Shown here one piece after another: positions 8,795 through 19,244 of a DNA stretch of 59,538 nucleotides (position 1 is the first letter of the stretch; each line of letters opens with the position of its first letter). A program made the position numbers and the translations under genes. A model generated the notes under the pieces. It saw only the letters and a list, made by a program, of their open reading frames with translations. It searched no databases and was not told where the DNA came from. This DNA comes from a virus. The stretch lies in IMG/VR virus record IMGVR_UViG_3300028888_000014, positions 1 through 59,538 of that record; one strand, given 5' to 3'.

Positions 8795-10285
8795 TTACTC
8801 GGTTGTTATGTTTTTTGCGACATCAAGATTGTTTTCCACCTCTAAAAGCACGCGCGAGCTTATTCTAATGAACATTACTTTAGCTGCTTTTCCTGCGGGT
8901 ATTGTAAATTGGTCTGAACCTTGTTTGTAATAAAAAATCGCATTGGTTGTTACTATAGAGACATCAACGTCAGATGAGTTGTCTGAATTGTCATATATTA
9001 TAAATGCGTCGTACTGTGTTATTACAACCGACAAAGAAGTAGAGGTGATTCCATTGGCGATGTGTAGAACTCTAAAAGTTCTGTAACTAAGCACGAACGT
9101 GTCACTGATTGAGGCTTCTTGCACAGCAGAAAAAAAGCGTCCAGTGTACAAATTGCCCGGTCCAAGTATAGTTGTGTTGTCAACTTTCTTAATATTCGTC
9201 CCGGAGACTAAAGATTGTTGTAGAGAAACACTCCCTTTAGTCCATTTGTCGGTGCTTTGGTTGTATGTTATATATGTGGTCTGTTCACCAAGTGTTCTGG
9301 AGAACGTCAATATATTATTTGAGACAAGAACATAGATGTCGTTTTCTGACACACACAGCACACATTTACCATCATTAGATGCTTGCGAAATTTCCGAAGT
9401 GGTCTTGTCCATAGTGCCGGTTGTCGCATCATAGCTGCACACAAAGACCTCTTCCGTTCCTGCGCTCTGCGCCACCCATTCCAGCCCGTTGGCCGTGTTG
9501 TTCACCGCCAGCACCTTGCCGGCATTGTTGGCGACGGGCGGCAATGCGTCTTGCTTGGAGGCGATGTCCGCGCCCCAGCGGTCGATGGCGATGATGATTG
9601 CATATCCACCAAAGCAATGTAGCAACACATTGTCTCCGGCCTTGATGACGCCAGCCGCTTGCAATCCGTAGTTTCTGTAGGCTATGCCGTAAGTTTTTGA
9701 GCCGATGGATACTATGGTCCCTGTAACGCTTGCAGCAACGTCGTTGTAGAACCTGAGAAACAGGAGGTCTCCGTCCTCGAACGTCGTATTGGCCGGCGTG
9801 TTTATCGTCACGACCTTCGTAGTTTCAGACGATGCGGAATAGGTCACCCCTTGGAAGATCTTCCCTGACAGCGACAAATCGCCGCTCCCCAGCAGCGAGT
9901 TCCCGTTCACGGTCTTGATGTTCGTGCCGCTGACCAGTTTTTTTTGCAAAGGGTAATAGCCTTCTCTCCATTGGAAATTGACACCATCTGAACTGTAGTA
10001 TTGTAACCAATGCATTTCATTTGTGCCGTTTCCAGTCTCATCGTGTACGAGAGATGCAAAGACACATGTGCCAGGGTATCCGTTTCCCGCTTCGGAATAT
10101 GCGGTCAAAATGAGACGGATCCCATAGTACTGGCACATCACGGTTTTCCCTTTCATCGCGTCAGACACTATCGGATCCGCTGTCACCACGTTGCCATTAG
10201 CGTCTTTCATCGTTTCTCCCGCGAAGGTATATACCACGATGTCCCGCAGCGTGTCGACATCCCTTATCTGTCCGAGGTCGATCAT
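8795..10285 (-). CDS. Tail fibre / receptor-binding protein (496 aa)
   Basis: Shares NNAGKVLAVNNTANGLEWV with the 364-aa fibre and has repeated LVSGTNIKTVNG / LVSGTNIKKVDN segments. The C-terminal half (8795 to about 9400) is AT-rich. Confidence 0.6.
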   Translation of the reverse strand: MIDLGQIRDVDTLRDIVVYTFAGETMKDANGNVVTADPIVSDAMKGKTVMCQYYGIRLILTAYSEAGNGYPGTCVFASLVHDETGNGTNEMHWLQYYSSDGVNFQWREGYYPLQKKLVSGTNIKTVNGNSLLGSGDLSLSGKIFQGVTYSASSETTKVVTINTPANTTFEDGDLLFLRFYNDVAASVTGTIVSIGSKTYGIAYRNYGLQAAGVIKAGDNVLLHCFGGYAIIIAIDRWGADIASKQDALPPVANNAGKVLAVNNTANGLEWVAQSAGTEEVFVCSYDATTGTMDKTTSEISQASNDGKCVLCVSENDIYVLVSNNILTFSRTLGEQTTYITYNQSTDKWTKGSVSLQQSLVSGTNIKKVDNTTILGPGNLYTGRFFSAVQEASISDTFVLSYRTFRVLHIANGITSTSLSVVITQYDAFIIYDNSDNSSDVDVSIVTTNAIFYYKQGSDQFTIPAGKAAKVMFIRISSRVLLEVENNLDVAKNITTE

Positions 10286-10288
10286 GGC

Positions 10289-11152
10289 TTACTGGTTCCT
10301 CTTGATGAAACAACAGGTCACGGTGTCGCCGCTCTTGGGCACGTAGGCGGAGGAGGTGAGGGTGAACACGCCGTAGCCGCTGGCGTCGATGGCGTAGGTG
10401 TAGTCGTTGGCGGCACCCTCGGCCTGTTTCACGCCGTTGATGTAGAGCGCGGCGTTCGCGCCCTGGGCGGTGTGTACGAAGCCTGGGGTCTTGAACACCT
10501 TGTTCGTGCCGTTGACGCTCCCCGTGCAGGCGGCCTCGAACAGTACCATCGCGCCGTAGTCGATTTGCGCGGGCAACGTGGCACGGATCAGTGTGATGAC
10601 CCCGGTGTCGGGGTTGATGCTCATGCCGCTCACGTACTGCCCGCTCACCGCCTCGCCATTCTGCACTTCGGGGAACTTCACGGTGAGCTTGAGCTTGGCG
10701 GGCGTGTCGTTGGTGGCGGGCACCTTTTCGATGGTCAGCGCGTCGCCGTTGCCGCTGGTCAGGGCGGCGAGGAGCTGGTCCACGAGGTTGGCCTGCGTCA
10801 CCGCGCCGGTGATGTTCACTTGCACGATGGTCCAGTGGTTGGCGTTGGTGATGCTGGCGGCGTCGGTGTTGGCGATGAGGGTGTCCCCTTCCTCAAGGGT
10901 CACGCCCGTGGGGGCGGTGCCGTTGCCGTTATACACATAGACGTAGCCTTTCTTGATGGTGTCGGAGGCCGCCTCCGTCCATGCGCCCCGGTAGAGCATC
11001 GCGCCGGTGACGCCCACGACCTCGCTCCGGATCTTGGCGGCGATGGCCGCTGCTGACGCGGTGAGGGTGTCGCTGTCCCAGTTCACTCCCCCGAGTGCCT
11101 GGATGAACTCGTCGATGCGTATCTGGTCTTTTCTGATGAGGGTTTTTGCCAT
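10289..11152 (-). CDS. Tail-associated structural protein (287 aa)
   Basis: Ala/Gly/Thr-rich, beta-type composition, within the fibre array. Confidence 0.5.
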   Translation of the reverse strand: MAKTLIRKDQIRIDEFIQALGGVNWDSDTLTASAAAIAAKIRSEVVGVTGAMLYRGAWTEAASDTIKKGYVYVYNGNGTAPTGVTLEEGDTLIANTDAASITNANHWTIVQVNITGAVTQANLVDQLLAALTSGNGDALTIEKVPATNDTPAKLKLTVKFPEVQNGEAVSGQYVSGMSINPDTGVITLIRATLPAQIDYGAMVLFEAACTGSVNGTNKVFKTPGFVHTAQGANAALYINGVKQAEGAANDYTYAIDASGYGVFTLTSSAYVPKSGDTVTCCFIKRNQ

Positions 11153-11170
11153 AGTTTCGGGTGTTTTCGG

Positions 11171-11893
11171 TTATGCTTTTCTGAATGCCATGGGAACGGC
11201 CATGAACACGAGCACGTCAGAGGGTGCGGGGATGTGCGTGAGCATGACGATGCCGTAGGAGCCGTCTTCGGCGTAGTCCTTGCCGGCGGTGAGGAGCTGC
11301 CCGTTGAAGTAGAGGACGGAGGTGCCGGTGGTGAAGCCGTCCTCCACGGCGAACTTGACGTTGCTGTCGTTCTGCTCGCCGGTGATGGGCAAGACCTTGA
11401 GCTGTGCCTTGACGGCCTCGCTCAGGACGGTCCGGGTGGCGTTGTTGGTGACTTCGGTGTAGGAGGCGACGTTGCGCAGGGTGGTCTTGCGGATGCCTGA
11501 CGGGGTGACGACGGGCACGAGGGCGTCTCCGGGGAAGGTGTCGGTGGCCTCGATGTTGGAGAGGTCCTTGTCGAGCTTGTTGTCCAGGGCGGCGGTGACG
11601 GCGGCCTGGGCGGCGGCCACGGCTTCTTCGTACTTGCCGTTAGTGTAGTCCTTGGTGGCCCAGGCGGCCTCGTAGGTGTCGTAGTCGGCGGTGTCAATGA
11701 TGCGGATGTCGAGCTGCCGGGTCGTCAGCATTCCGTTGAGTTCCACACCGTTGAGGGTGGGTTTGTCCGCGAGGTCCCTGTAGGAGATTCCCTGCCCGCT
11801 GACCCCTTCGTTGTGTGCGGCCACGAGCGCGTTGATGGTGTCGATGAGCTGCTGCCCGGTGCAGCCGATCTGCAAAAGTTCTATCTGTGCCAT
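11171..11893 (-). CDS. Tail fibre-like protein (240 aa)
   Basis: YRDLADKPTLNGVEL fibre-type motif; located in the fibre array. Confidence 0.55.
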   Translation of the reverse strand: MAQIELLQIGCTGQQLIDTINALVAAHNEGVSGQGISYRDLADKPTLNGVELNGMLTTRQLDIRIIDTADYDTYEAAWATKDYTNGKYEEAVAAAQAAVTAALDNKLDKDLSNIEATDTFPGDALVPVVTPSGIRKTTLRNVASYTEVTNNATRTVLSEAVKAQLKVLPITGEQNDSNVKFAVEDGFTTGTSVLYFNGQLLTAGKDYAEDGSYGIVMLTHIPAPSDVLVFMAVPMAFRKA

Positions 11894-11919
11894 GGTGTCT
11901 TACTGGGTTGGTTAGGGGG

Positions 11920-12327
11920 TTATCTGGTTGTGGGATTGGTGGCCGGGGTGGGATTTCTGCAGAGGGGCTTGCGTTCCTCGTTCATGAGCTTGTCGATGAT
12001 TTCGCCGCGCAGGTAGGAGGCGATCTGCTCCGACTCCTGCTTCACGGCGCCGGCGTGCACCGCGCCCATCACGGCGGAGTTCTTCACGGTGAGCGTCACC
12101 TCGCAGTGCACGCTCTCCATGGCTGCCAGCTTCTGGATGAGTTCCTGCTGGCTGATGACCTGCTGCTGCAGGACGGCGATCTGCGTGTCGGCCTCCCTGA
12201 GCTGTTTGCCCTTGCTGCCGGCCGAGATCCACCCGACGGCCAGCGCGATGACGGCGACGACGACCGGGATCCATTTGAGGTACTTCTTGGCGAATGTCCA
12301 GATTTTTCTTATGAAGGCTATCATCAT
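11920..12327 (-). CDS. N-terminal transmembrane plus coiled-coil protein (135 aa)
   Basis: Hydrophobic WIPVVVAVIALAVGWI is followed by Q/L-rich heptad-like sequence. Same architecture as CDS 35896-36330. Confidence 0.5.
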   Translation of the reverse strand: MMIAFIRKIWTFAKKYLKWIPVVVAVIALAVGWISAGSKGKQLREADTQIAVLQQQVISQQELIQKLAAMESVHCEVTLTVKNSAVMGAVHAGAVKQESEQIASYLRGEIIDKLMNEERKPLCRNPTPATNPTTR

Positions 12328-12365
12328 GTTAATATTTTTGTGTGTTTTTCAACTTGATTGTCATG

Positions 12366-13916
12366 TCACTTGAATTCAGTGTCGGTGGCGACCACCTGCG
12401 CGTCGGCGGCGATTTCGCCGGACGCGGCGATGGTCTGCGGGTTGCGGTTGACCTTCTCGCGCAGGCGGAACTGGAACTCGGCGGCCAGCACGTCCGCACT
12501 CTCGTCGCTGACGGCGAGGCTGCCGGGCAGCATGTCGATGCGCCAGGCATACTCGCCCTCCAGCAGGAGGTTGTCCTGTTTGGCGAAGGCGGTGCGCAGC
12601 AGCTTCAGCCCCTTTGCGTTGCGCGGGTGGCATTTGGCGGTGAAGACGGTCTGCCGGTCGGTGGTGCCGTAGCCGTCAACCCCCGCCATGACGCGCCGTT
12701 CCCCCTCGGTCTGCTCCTCGCGGGAGAGTTCCTCCACGATGAACGTCTCGTAGAGATTCAGCGCGTTGAGCATGAGGAAGGAGTGGAATCCCCACGCGAA
12801 GTCGCGCGTCAGGAACGTCCTGCGGATGCCGCCGATGGCCGCCGACCAGCGCACCACCTCCTCGGGGTGGTCGAGCTGCAGGTCTTCCAGGCCGACCTCC
12901 ACGCGGCTCAGCCCGGGCTGGAACGTGCGGGTGTAGGCGAAACCGTCGTCCACGGAGCCGTCGGCGAAGACCAGCGAGAGGCGGATGTCCTCGGTGACGG
13001 GCTCCGCCGAGTAGTTGTAGAGGTAAAGATACTGCGGCGCGTCGTGCGGGGTGGCGACGGTGTCGTCGTTGTCCTGCCCGAAGATATCGAGTCCGTTCTT
13101 GAGGTGGAGGTGCCGTCCGTCGAGGGCGATCCAGTCGGGGATGTTGTTCTGTGCCGCGTAGGGGTGCAGTTCCCCGTTGACGAGGATGATCCGGCGGCTG
13201 TGCTGCAGGGTGCGCAGCGTGGGGCTGCCGGCGTCCGTGTCGGCATGCATTTCGCCGGCCATGAGGCGCACGGCCATGCTGCTCGCCGGGCAGGGCTGCG
13301 GTTCGAAGGGCTTGTTGCAGCGCGGGATGTCGGGTTTGCCGAAGAGCGGACGCAGCATGTCGGTGGGGATGCGCACTGTGCCGCCGCTGTCTTCCAGGAG
13401 CATGGCGGGGGTCTGCTCCGTGGAGCCGTTCCTGACGATGCTGAACCATGCCTTCACACGGTAGCGCGGCTTCGGGTTGCCGTCGCGGCCGGTGACGTAG
13501 CTCAGGGAGGTGACGAAGAGCGGGGAGCCGGAATGGCGCAGGGTGACCAGGTGGCCTCCCGGCTCGCGGGCCGTGACCTTCACCTGCAGCTGTCCGTTGC
13601 GGACGGCGCAGGAGGCGGTGAAGTCGCGGTTGAGCACGGGGTTGTAGAGGAGCTTGGCTTCCAGGGTGTCGAGCATGGCGGCCACGCCTGTGGGGGCGGC
13701 CATCATGTCGTATAGCCCGTCGCCGGGGTCGTTGGAGAGATGCCATGTGAGCGCCTCCTCGTCGATTTCCATCACGAGGTCCCCGGCGGGCAGGGTGTTC
13801 ACCACGAACGTCCGGGTGTAGGGCCGCCCTTCGGTGAAGTTGGGCGTGGTGCGCACCACGAACTCCGGGCTGTTGCCCGCGAAGTCAATCGGATATGGCT
13901 CCTTCTGTATCTTCAT
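12366..13916 (-). CDS. Post-tape-measure tail-tip/baseplate protein (516 aa, putative)
   Basis: Lies immediately downstream of the tape measure gene, the usual position of distal tail or tip proteins. I recognised no motif. Confidence 0.45.
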   Translation of the reverse strand: MKIQKEPYPIDFAGNSPEFVVRTTPNFTEGRPYTRTFVVNTLPAGDLVMEIDEEALTWHLSNDPGDGLYDMMAAPTGVAAMLDTLEAKLLYNPVLNRDFTASCAVRNGQLQVKVTAREPGGHLVTLRHSGSPLFVTSLSYVTGRDGNPKPRYRVKAWFSIVRNGSTEQTPAMLLEDSGGTVRIPTDMLRPLFGKPDIPRCNKPFEPQPCPASSMAVRLMAGEMHADTDAGSPTLRTLQHSRRIILVNGELHPYAAQNNIPDWIALDGRHLHLKNGLDIFGQDNDDTVATPHDAPQYLYLYNYSAEPVTEDIRLSLVFADGSVDDGFAYTRTFQPGLSRVEVGLEDLQLDHPEEVVRWSAAIGGIRRTFLTRDFAWGFHSFLMLNALNLYETFIVEELSREEQTEGERRVMAGVDGYGTTDRQTVFTAKCHPRNAKGLKLLRTAFAKQDNLLLEGEYAWRIDMLPGSLAVSDESADVLAAEFQFRLREKVNRNPQTIAASGEIAADAQVVATDTEFK

Positions 13917-13935
13917 GCTCTATACACTATATGTA

Positions 13936-16900
13936 TCACAGTCGCGCCAGTTCCCTCACTTCCCGTTCCTGATCGTCGAACTCCAACTGTATCTTCCGGC
14001 TGATGTAGGCGCGGCGGTTGTTGGGGTCGCGCAGGTAGTCGTTCATCTGTCTGAGTTCCTTGAGCAGCTCGCCGTTGTCGTTCTGGTAGTAGTTGTTGGT
14101 GGTTGTCTGGTTTGACGGTGCAAAAGTACCGCTTCCCGCGCGAACGGCTTGGGACACGTTTTTCAGGTCGGGCTGCGGGATGGATATTCCGGCGAGGGCC
14201 TTGCGGTCGCCGCGCTGGTACTCGTCGAGGGCCGCGATGATGTCTGCGGTTTCGCGGTCCCGCAGCAGGCGGTTACTGGCCACCCATTCGTCGCCCTGCT
14301 CGCCCATCACAGCGTACTGCCTGCCGTGGATGTAGCCGCCCTTGTAGTACGGGTTGGGCTGGGAGGCGATGACTGCGAGTTGTGTTGCCTGTATCGCTGC
14401 CGCTATTGCGGATGCCGCGCTTTTGATAATGAGTCCGCCCGGCTCGTTGGCGAAGACGCTGGAGATGGTGAGCGCCAGGTTCACGGCCCCCTGTATGAGG
14501 TTCGCCGTGCGTTCCCGCTCGAAGGCGTCATGCTTCAGCTTCTTCTCCTTCTTCTCCTTCTCTTTCTGCATCCGCTCCATCTGCGCGTCATAGCGCTTCT
14601 GTGAGATGAGCCCGCTGTCGAGTTGCCGTTTCAGGACGGCCGATTTGGAATCATACATTTCCTCGTAGCGTTGCAGCTCCGCGTCCGCTTGGTTCTGCAT
14701 CACGCTGTCGATGGCCGACCACAGCTCGAACGCGTTGTCTGCGAATGTCCTGAGCCGGTCTGTCATCTTCGACAGGTTGTCCTCCCAGTTCTTGTCCCAC
14801 GCAGCCCAGTCTTCTTCTGTGATGCCGAACAGCGTCGCCCATGTGTCTTTGCCGAACGCCGTGTCGTATTTGGTCTGTATGTCGCTCTTCCGGCCTTTCA
14901 GAAACGCCAGTGTCTTCTCTATTTCCTTTAGTCGTTCGTCGTTCTCGCCCCCGTCGTTGTGCTCCTGCAGGTATTGTTGCGCGACCTCAAGTGTCAGGAT
15001 CTGGTCCTCGAGGGTCTTCATCGCCTCGCGGTACTGGCGTGTCACCGAGTCCGACATGGCGGTGACGATTTCGCGGGAGCGCTCGGCGGTCAGGGCCTGC
15101 ATCTCGGCGAGCTTCGCCTTGTCAAGCTCTTTTATCGCCTCGGTCACTTTGTCCAGTTTGCGCTGGTCCTCGTCGTCGAACTTGAGGCCGAGCAGTGTCA
15201 GCAGGTCTTGGGCGTTGCGCGGCTTCTGTTTCATCGCCTCTTCCCATTTCTCCCTTGTCAGTCCTATTTTCCCGAACAGCTCCGCGTTGTCTTCGAATGC
15301 CTGCTCAACCACATCCGTGTCGGACGACCAGTCGAACATGTTCCCTATTGTGAGTGAAGCGTCTTTCCTTTCGTTCAGCTTGTTCCGTTCCTCTTCCGCT
15401 TTCTGTCCCAGCTTGCCGAAGTCGTTTTCCATCTCCTTCATGTCCGTCTCCAGCTGCGTCTGGTATTTGCGCTGCTGCTTGAGGCGGAATTTGTTGAGCT
15501 TTTCTGTCACCGATGAGAGGTTGTCATCGATCTTCTTGAGCCTTTTCGCGCGTTCCTCGTCCTCGATCCGCGCTATCTCGTCCCACTTCTCCTGTTCCAG
15601 GCGTGCGCTTTCCGCTGCGGCTCTCTCTTCAAAGCCCTTGTATGTCTCGTTGAACGATTCCACTTCCTTGATGATGGCGTTGTAGGTGTTGATCACGGTT
15701 TCCTTGGCGGAGGATATGCCGAGGGATTCCGCCGAGGCTTTCTCGTTGAGCTTCGCGGTCTTCTTCATGAGGTCCGCCCAGCGTTCCTCCGGGGTCTTGC
15801 CGGATTCCTTGCCGCTGGTTACCGGGCTTGACGGGTCGTAGTCGTCGGTTTCGGCGTTGTAGCTTCCGCCGCCTCCATCATGTGATGCATTTCGGATCCT
15901 TGCTGTCACCATTGCTGCGGCATTGGTGAACATTTCAGCGACTTCCTCTCCCATTGTTGCGACATCATTCCCGAGAAGTTTTATTCCTTCGTTTTCCAAT
16001 TTTGTCAATGCAGCCTTTTGGGTTTTGTCGTCTGCTTGGTCTATCGTCTTCCCGTCAAATAGTTTGTCTATGATCATGTTGACTATTTCGCCTGTCATCT
16101 CGGATCTTTTTTTGTAAGCAAGGGCTTCTGCGGCCGCAGCTGAAGCGTTTGTCGCGGTTGGGGCGTAATCTTCAGTTCCGAATGCTTGGAAACCTGCCTT
16201 TTTCACGTTGAGCTTCCGGATGTTTTCGCTTGCCTTGATCATCTTGCTGGTTTCCGATTGGAATTCGCTCTCGTATTTTCTGAGTTCTTTGAGGTCTGCC
16301 GCGAGTTTTTCCGCTCCACTTTTCAGATTCACGCCGTATCGAGCCGCTTCTGTCTCTATCTTTTCGTTGAATTCCGAGAACTTCTCCCTGTATCTGTCCA
16401 TGCTTTCAGACAGGCTGACGAGAATGTTCAACTCTCCTTTCATTCCTTTGCCTGCCACGAATGTTTCGCGTGTTCCGAGAAGAGCGTTGATGTCTCTCGT
16501 GTATCCCATGCTGCTTAAAAGGGTTTTTATTTCCTCGTTTCCGCTGCCTGCTCTTAGCGCTTCGGCTATTTTTGATGCGTTTCGCGCGGCTTCGGCGCGG
16601 TCTTTTTCGTCAGGGTTTTTCACCCATTTGAGTAATATTTTTTCAAATCCGTTTTGGATTTCCGTAAGGTTCTGACCGAAGTGTTTCCCTTCGCCCATGT
16701 ATTCGTCGGTGAGTTTGTCTTTCGCTTTCTGGAACCCTTTTGCCGCTGCTTCGTCTTCTATCGCCTTGATCACCGCTCTGTGCGCCGCTTCGATGTTCCA
16801 AAGCTGGCCTTCTTCGTTGGTCAGGTTTGCAAGGTATTTTCCGTATTTCTCGTTGAGCGTCTTCATTATTTCCGCTCTCTGTTCCTCGGTGGTGTTAACA

Positions 16901-19236
16901 TTCTCCAATGCGTTGAAGAGTCTTTCCGCCCTGTCTTTCTCTTTCTCCATTTCCACTGCGGTTTCCTTGTGTATTCTTTCGAGTTCTCTGCTCTCTCTCA
17001 CAATCTTGATTATCAGCATTAGGACTTCAGCCGCGATTGTGGCGATGAGCATCCAGTGGTTTTTCAGCAGGGAGGTCAGAGTTGCTTTTTCTTTTAGACC
17101 GCCAATTTCATTTTCGAGACCGCTCATTTTCTTTTTGAGAATCTCTTCCCTTTGCATAAGGTTGACAATCTGATTTCTCACACCGGCCTCTATCTCTTTG
17201 GTTCGCAGGAGGTCTTTTTCCTGGACAGCGATGATTTCATTTATTTGAGCGATTTTTTCTTCTTTGGTCAGCGTGGTGCTGGCAAGTATGTTTTTCTGCG
17301 CTTCGAGACTTTTTTGCAGGGCTTTTTCTTTGGTGAGCTGTGCATTAGCCAGCAGTTGGCGTTGCTCTTCTGTCGCTATGGCGTTTTCAATTCTTGCTTT
17401 GTTCTGGAGCTCCCAGTTCATCTCCGCTTCGCTTGCTTTGCCCTGCATCTTCAACCCGAGGATTCTGTTCTCCGATTCCTGCAGGCTTTTCTTCAGCGTG
17501 TTTGTCCTTGCTGCGGACGCTGAGATTTCCTCTTCCAATGCAAGGGATGTGCGTTTGGAAATTTCTATCTGTTTGTTGAGAGCATATTCGGCCTTCAGTC
17601 TTGCATCGCTCCCTCTTGCTACCGCTTCTCTTTGCGCCTCAAGATCTTTGAGATTTTCTTGCATGGCAGCTTCCCTTTTCTTGGACCGTTCGACTTGCTC
17701 TTGCAGTTCGACACGTCGTCTTTCGACCATGGCGATTTCATCTTCTTTCTCCCTATATTGCTCTTGCGCCATCTTTATCTGGTTCTGTGCCACCTTCATC
17801 CCTTTGTACTCCTGCACAATTCCGATTTCATTAAAGCTGTTCTTCAGATTGTCCCAGTTCTTGCGCACTTTGTTGATGGCGAGCATTCCGGCTGCGCCGA
17901 TGGCCATCCATGCGTTCTCGGCGTGGTCCGTCACTCTGGACAGCCACTTGATGACCTTCCCGCCGAACATCGTGTATTTCACGATGTAGGGGTAGAGCTT
18001 CTCGCCGAGTTCCACGCGGGCATCGAACACGGTCTTCTTCGCCTTCTCCATTTGCGCCTGCAGGGTCTCGTTCATCACGGAGTACTCCTCGTTCATGGAG
18101 GTTCCTTCCTTTATGGCCTTGCTGGCGGTCTCCTGGGCGACCCTCACTTTGTCGATGTTGGTGGACAGGGCGAGGATCACCTGTGACGCTCTTGTTGCGT
18201 CAGCACCCAGGTCTTTGAATATGGGGACAATGGCCTGCACGTCGCCGATGTCGTGCAGCTTCTGCAGCACGGCGAGGAACGCCTGGTTGAAGTCCTTGGC
18301 CATGAGGTCCGACAGTTCTTTCTCGCCCATGCCGATCATCTCGGCGAAGCTGCCGGTCTTCTTTATCATCTGCTGCATGATCTTGGTGACGGCGGTGGCG
18401 GACATCTCAGGTGCCTTGCTGTTCTGCGACAGCACGCTGCCGAGACCGGCCATCTGGTCGAGGCTCATGCCGGCGATGGATGCGTAGGAGGCGATGCGCC
18501 CGAGGAACTTGGCGATCTGGCTCTCGTTGGCCGTGCTGGTCTTGCCCAGCTCGTTGATGACGGAGCCGGTGCGGATCAGCGTCTCCTCAAGTCCCGCGTT
18601 CCGGATTTCGCTGGTGGTGTCCTTGAAGACCTGCGCCAGCTTGGTGACCTCGATGATGGCGTCGGTGCCGCCGAGCACGTCTCCCAAGGCCACGTTGATG
18701 ACGTCCGCCGCTTTCACGAACTCCAGCACATCCTCCTTGCCGTTCACGCCCAGCTTGCCGGCGGCGTAGGCCAGCTCGTTGAGTTCCTCCCTCGATGTAC
18801 GGGTGTCTATCTTGGTGAACTCCCTGTTAAGGTCGGCCACCTCCTGCCGCGACAGCATGGTGGTCTTGCGCACCCTTCCCATGGCGTCGTCCAGTCCTGC
18901 CATGTCGGAGGCCAGGTCGCGCATCTTCTGCAGACCTCTACCGAGGAACTGTACGGTTTGCACGATGCCGGACAACACGGAGCCTATCATGCTGATCTGG
19001 TTAAGACGTTCCTTGTTCTTTTCCGTTGAACTTTTTATAAGTCTTTCCTCACGTTCCAAAGCGTCTTGCATCCTGGATATTTCCGCCGCCTTGGCGTAGT
19101 ATTCTTGTGTGCCTTTAGCCATCGCTTTCCACGCTGCCTTCTCTTTCTCCAATCTATTTGTCAGTTCGTCGATTGACTTTTTGGCATCCTTGTTGTTGAC
19201 GTATATGTTTACCGATCTTACTGCTCCTTTTGCCAT
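13936..19236 (-). CDS. Tail tape measure protein (1766 aa)
   Basis: Very long, Glu/Lys/Ala-rich with extensive coiled-coil-like sequence and hydrophobic central segments. It sits between candidate chaperone genes and tail-tip genes. Confidence 0.85.
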   Translation of the reverse strand: MAKGAVRSVNIYVNNKDAKKSIDELTNRLEKEKAAWKAMAKGTQEYYAKAAEISRMQDALEREERLIKSSTEKNKERLNQISMIGSVLSGIVQTVQFLGRGLQKMRDLASDMAGLDDAMGRVRKTTMLSRQEVADLNREFTKIDTRTSREELNELAYAAGKLGVNGKEDVLEFVKAADVINVALGDVLGGTDAIIEVTKLAQVFKDTTSEIRNAGLEETLIRTGSVINELGKTSTANESQIAKFLGRIASYASIAGMSLDQMAGLGSVLSQNSKAPEMSATAVTKIMQQMIKKTGSFAEMIGMGEKELSDLMAKDFNQAFLAVLQKLHDIGDVQAIVPIFKDLGADATRASQVILALSTNIDKVRVAQETASKAIKEGTSMNEEYSVMNETLQAQMEKAKKTVFDARVELGEKLYPYIVKYTMFGGKVIKWLSRVTDHAENAWMAIGAAGMLAINKVRKNWDNLKNSFNEIGIVQEYKGMKVAQNQIKMAQEQYREKEDEIAMVERRRVELQEQVERSKKREAAMQENLKDLEAQREAVARGSDARLKAEYALNKQIEISKRTSLALEEEISASAARTNTLKKSLQESENRILGLKMQGKASEAEMNWELQNKARIENAIATEEQRQLLANAQLTKEKALQKSLEAQKNILASTTLTKEEKIAQINEIIAVQEKDLLRTKEIEAGVRNQIVNLMQREEILKKKMSGLENEIGGLKEKATLTSLLKNHWMLIATIAAEVLMLIIKIVRESRELERIHKETAVEMEKEKDRAERLFNALENVNTTEEQRAEIMKTLNEKYGKYLANLTNEEGQLWNIEAAHRAVIKAIEDEAAAKGFQKAKDKLTDEYMGEGKHFGQNLTEIQNGFEKILLKWVKNPDEKDRAEAARNASKIAEALRAGSGNEEIKTLLSSMGYTRDINALLGTRETFVAGKGMKGELNILVSLSESMDRYREKFSEFNEKIETEAARYGVNLKSGAEKLAADLKELRKYESEFQSETSKMIKASENIRKLNVKKAGFQAFGTEDYAPTATNASAAAAEALAYKKRSEMTGEIVNMIIDKLFDGKTIDQADDKTQKAALTKLENEGIKLLGNDVATMGEEVAEMFTNAAAMVTARIRNASHDGGGGSYNAETDDYDPSSPVTSGKESGKTPEERWADLMKKTAKLNEKASAESLGISSAKETVINTYNAIIKEVESFNETYKGFEERAAAESARLEQEKWDEIARIEDEERAKRLKKIDDNLSSVTEKLNKFRLKQQRKYQTQLETDMKEMENDFGKLGQKAEEERNKLNERKDASLTIGNMFDWSSDTDVVEQAFEDNAELFGKIGLTREKWEEAMKQKPRNAQDLLTLLGLKFDDEDQRKLDKVTEAIKELDKAKLAEMQALTAERSREIVTAMSDSVTRQYREAMKTLEDQILTLEVAQQYLQEHNDGGENDERLKEIEKTLAFLKGRKSDIQTKYDTAFGKDTWATLFGITEEDWAAWDKNWEDNLSKMTDRLRTFADNAFELWSAIDSVMQNQADAELQRYEEMYDSKSAVLKRQLDSGLISQKRYDAQMERMQKEKEKKEKKLKHDAFERERTANLIQGAVNLALTISSVFANEPGGLIIKSAASAIAAAIQATQLAVIASQPNPYYKGGYIHGRQYAVMGEQGDEWVASNRLLRDRETADIIAALDEYQRGDRKALAGISIPQPDLKNVSQAVRAGSGTFAPSNQTTTNNYYQNDNGELLKELRQMNDYLRDPNNRRAYISRKIQLEFDDQEREVRELARL

Positions 19237-19244
19237 TGTCCTGT

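Noticed and set aside
14093-19099. Many plus-strand ORFs (80-324 aa) antisense to the tape measure gene.
   Set aside because: Their Ser/Phe/Leu/Cys-rich low-complexity translations mirror the Glu/Lys/Ala-rich sense frame. They are antisense artefacts of a repetitive coiled-coil gene.
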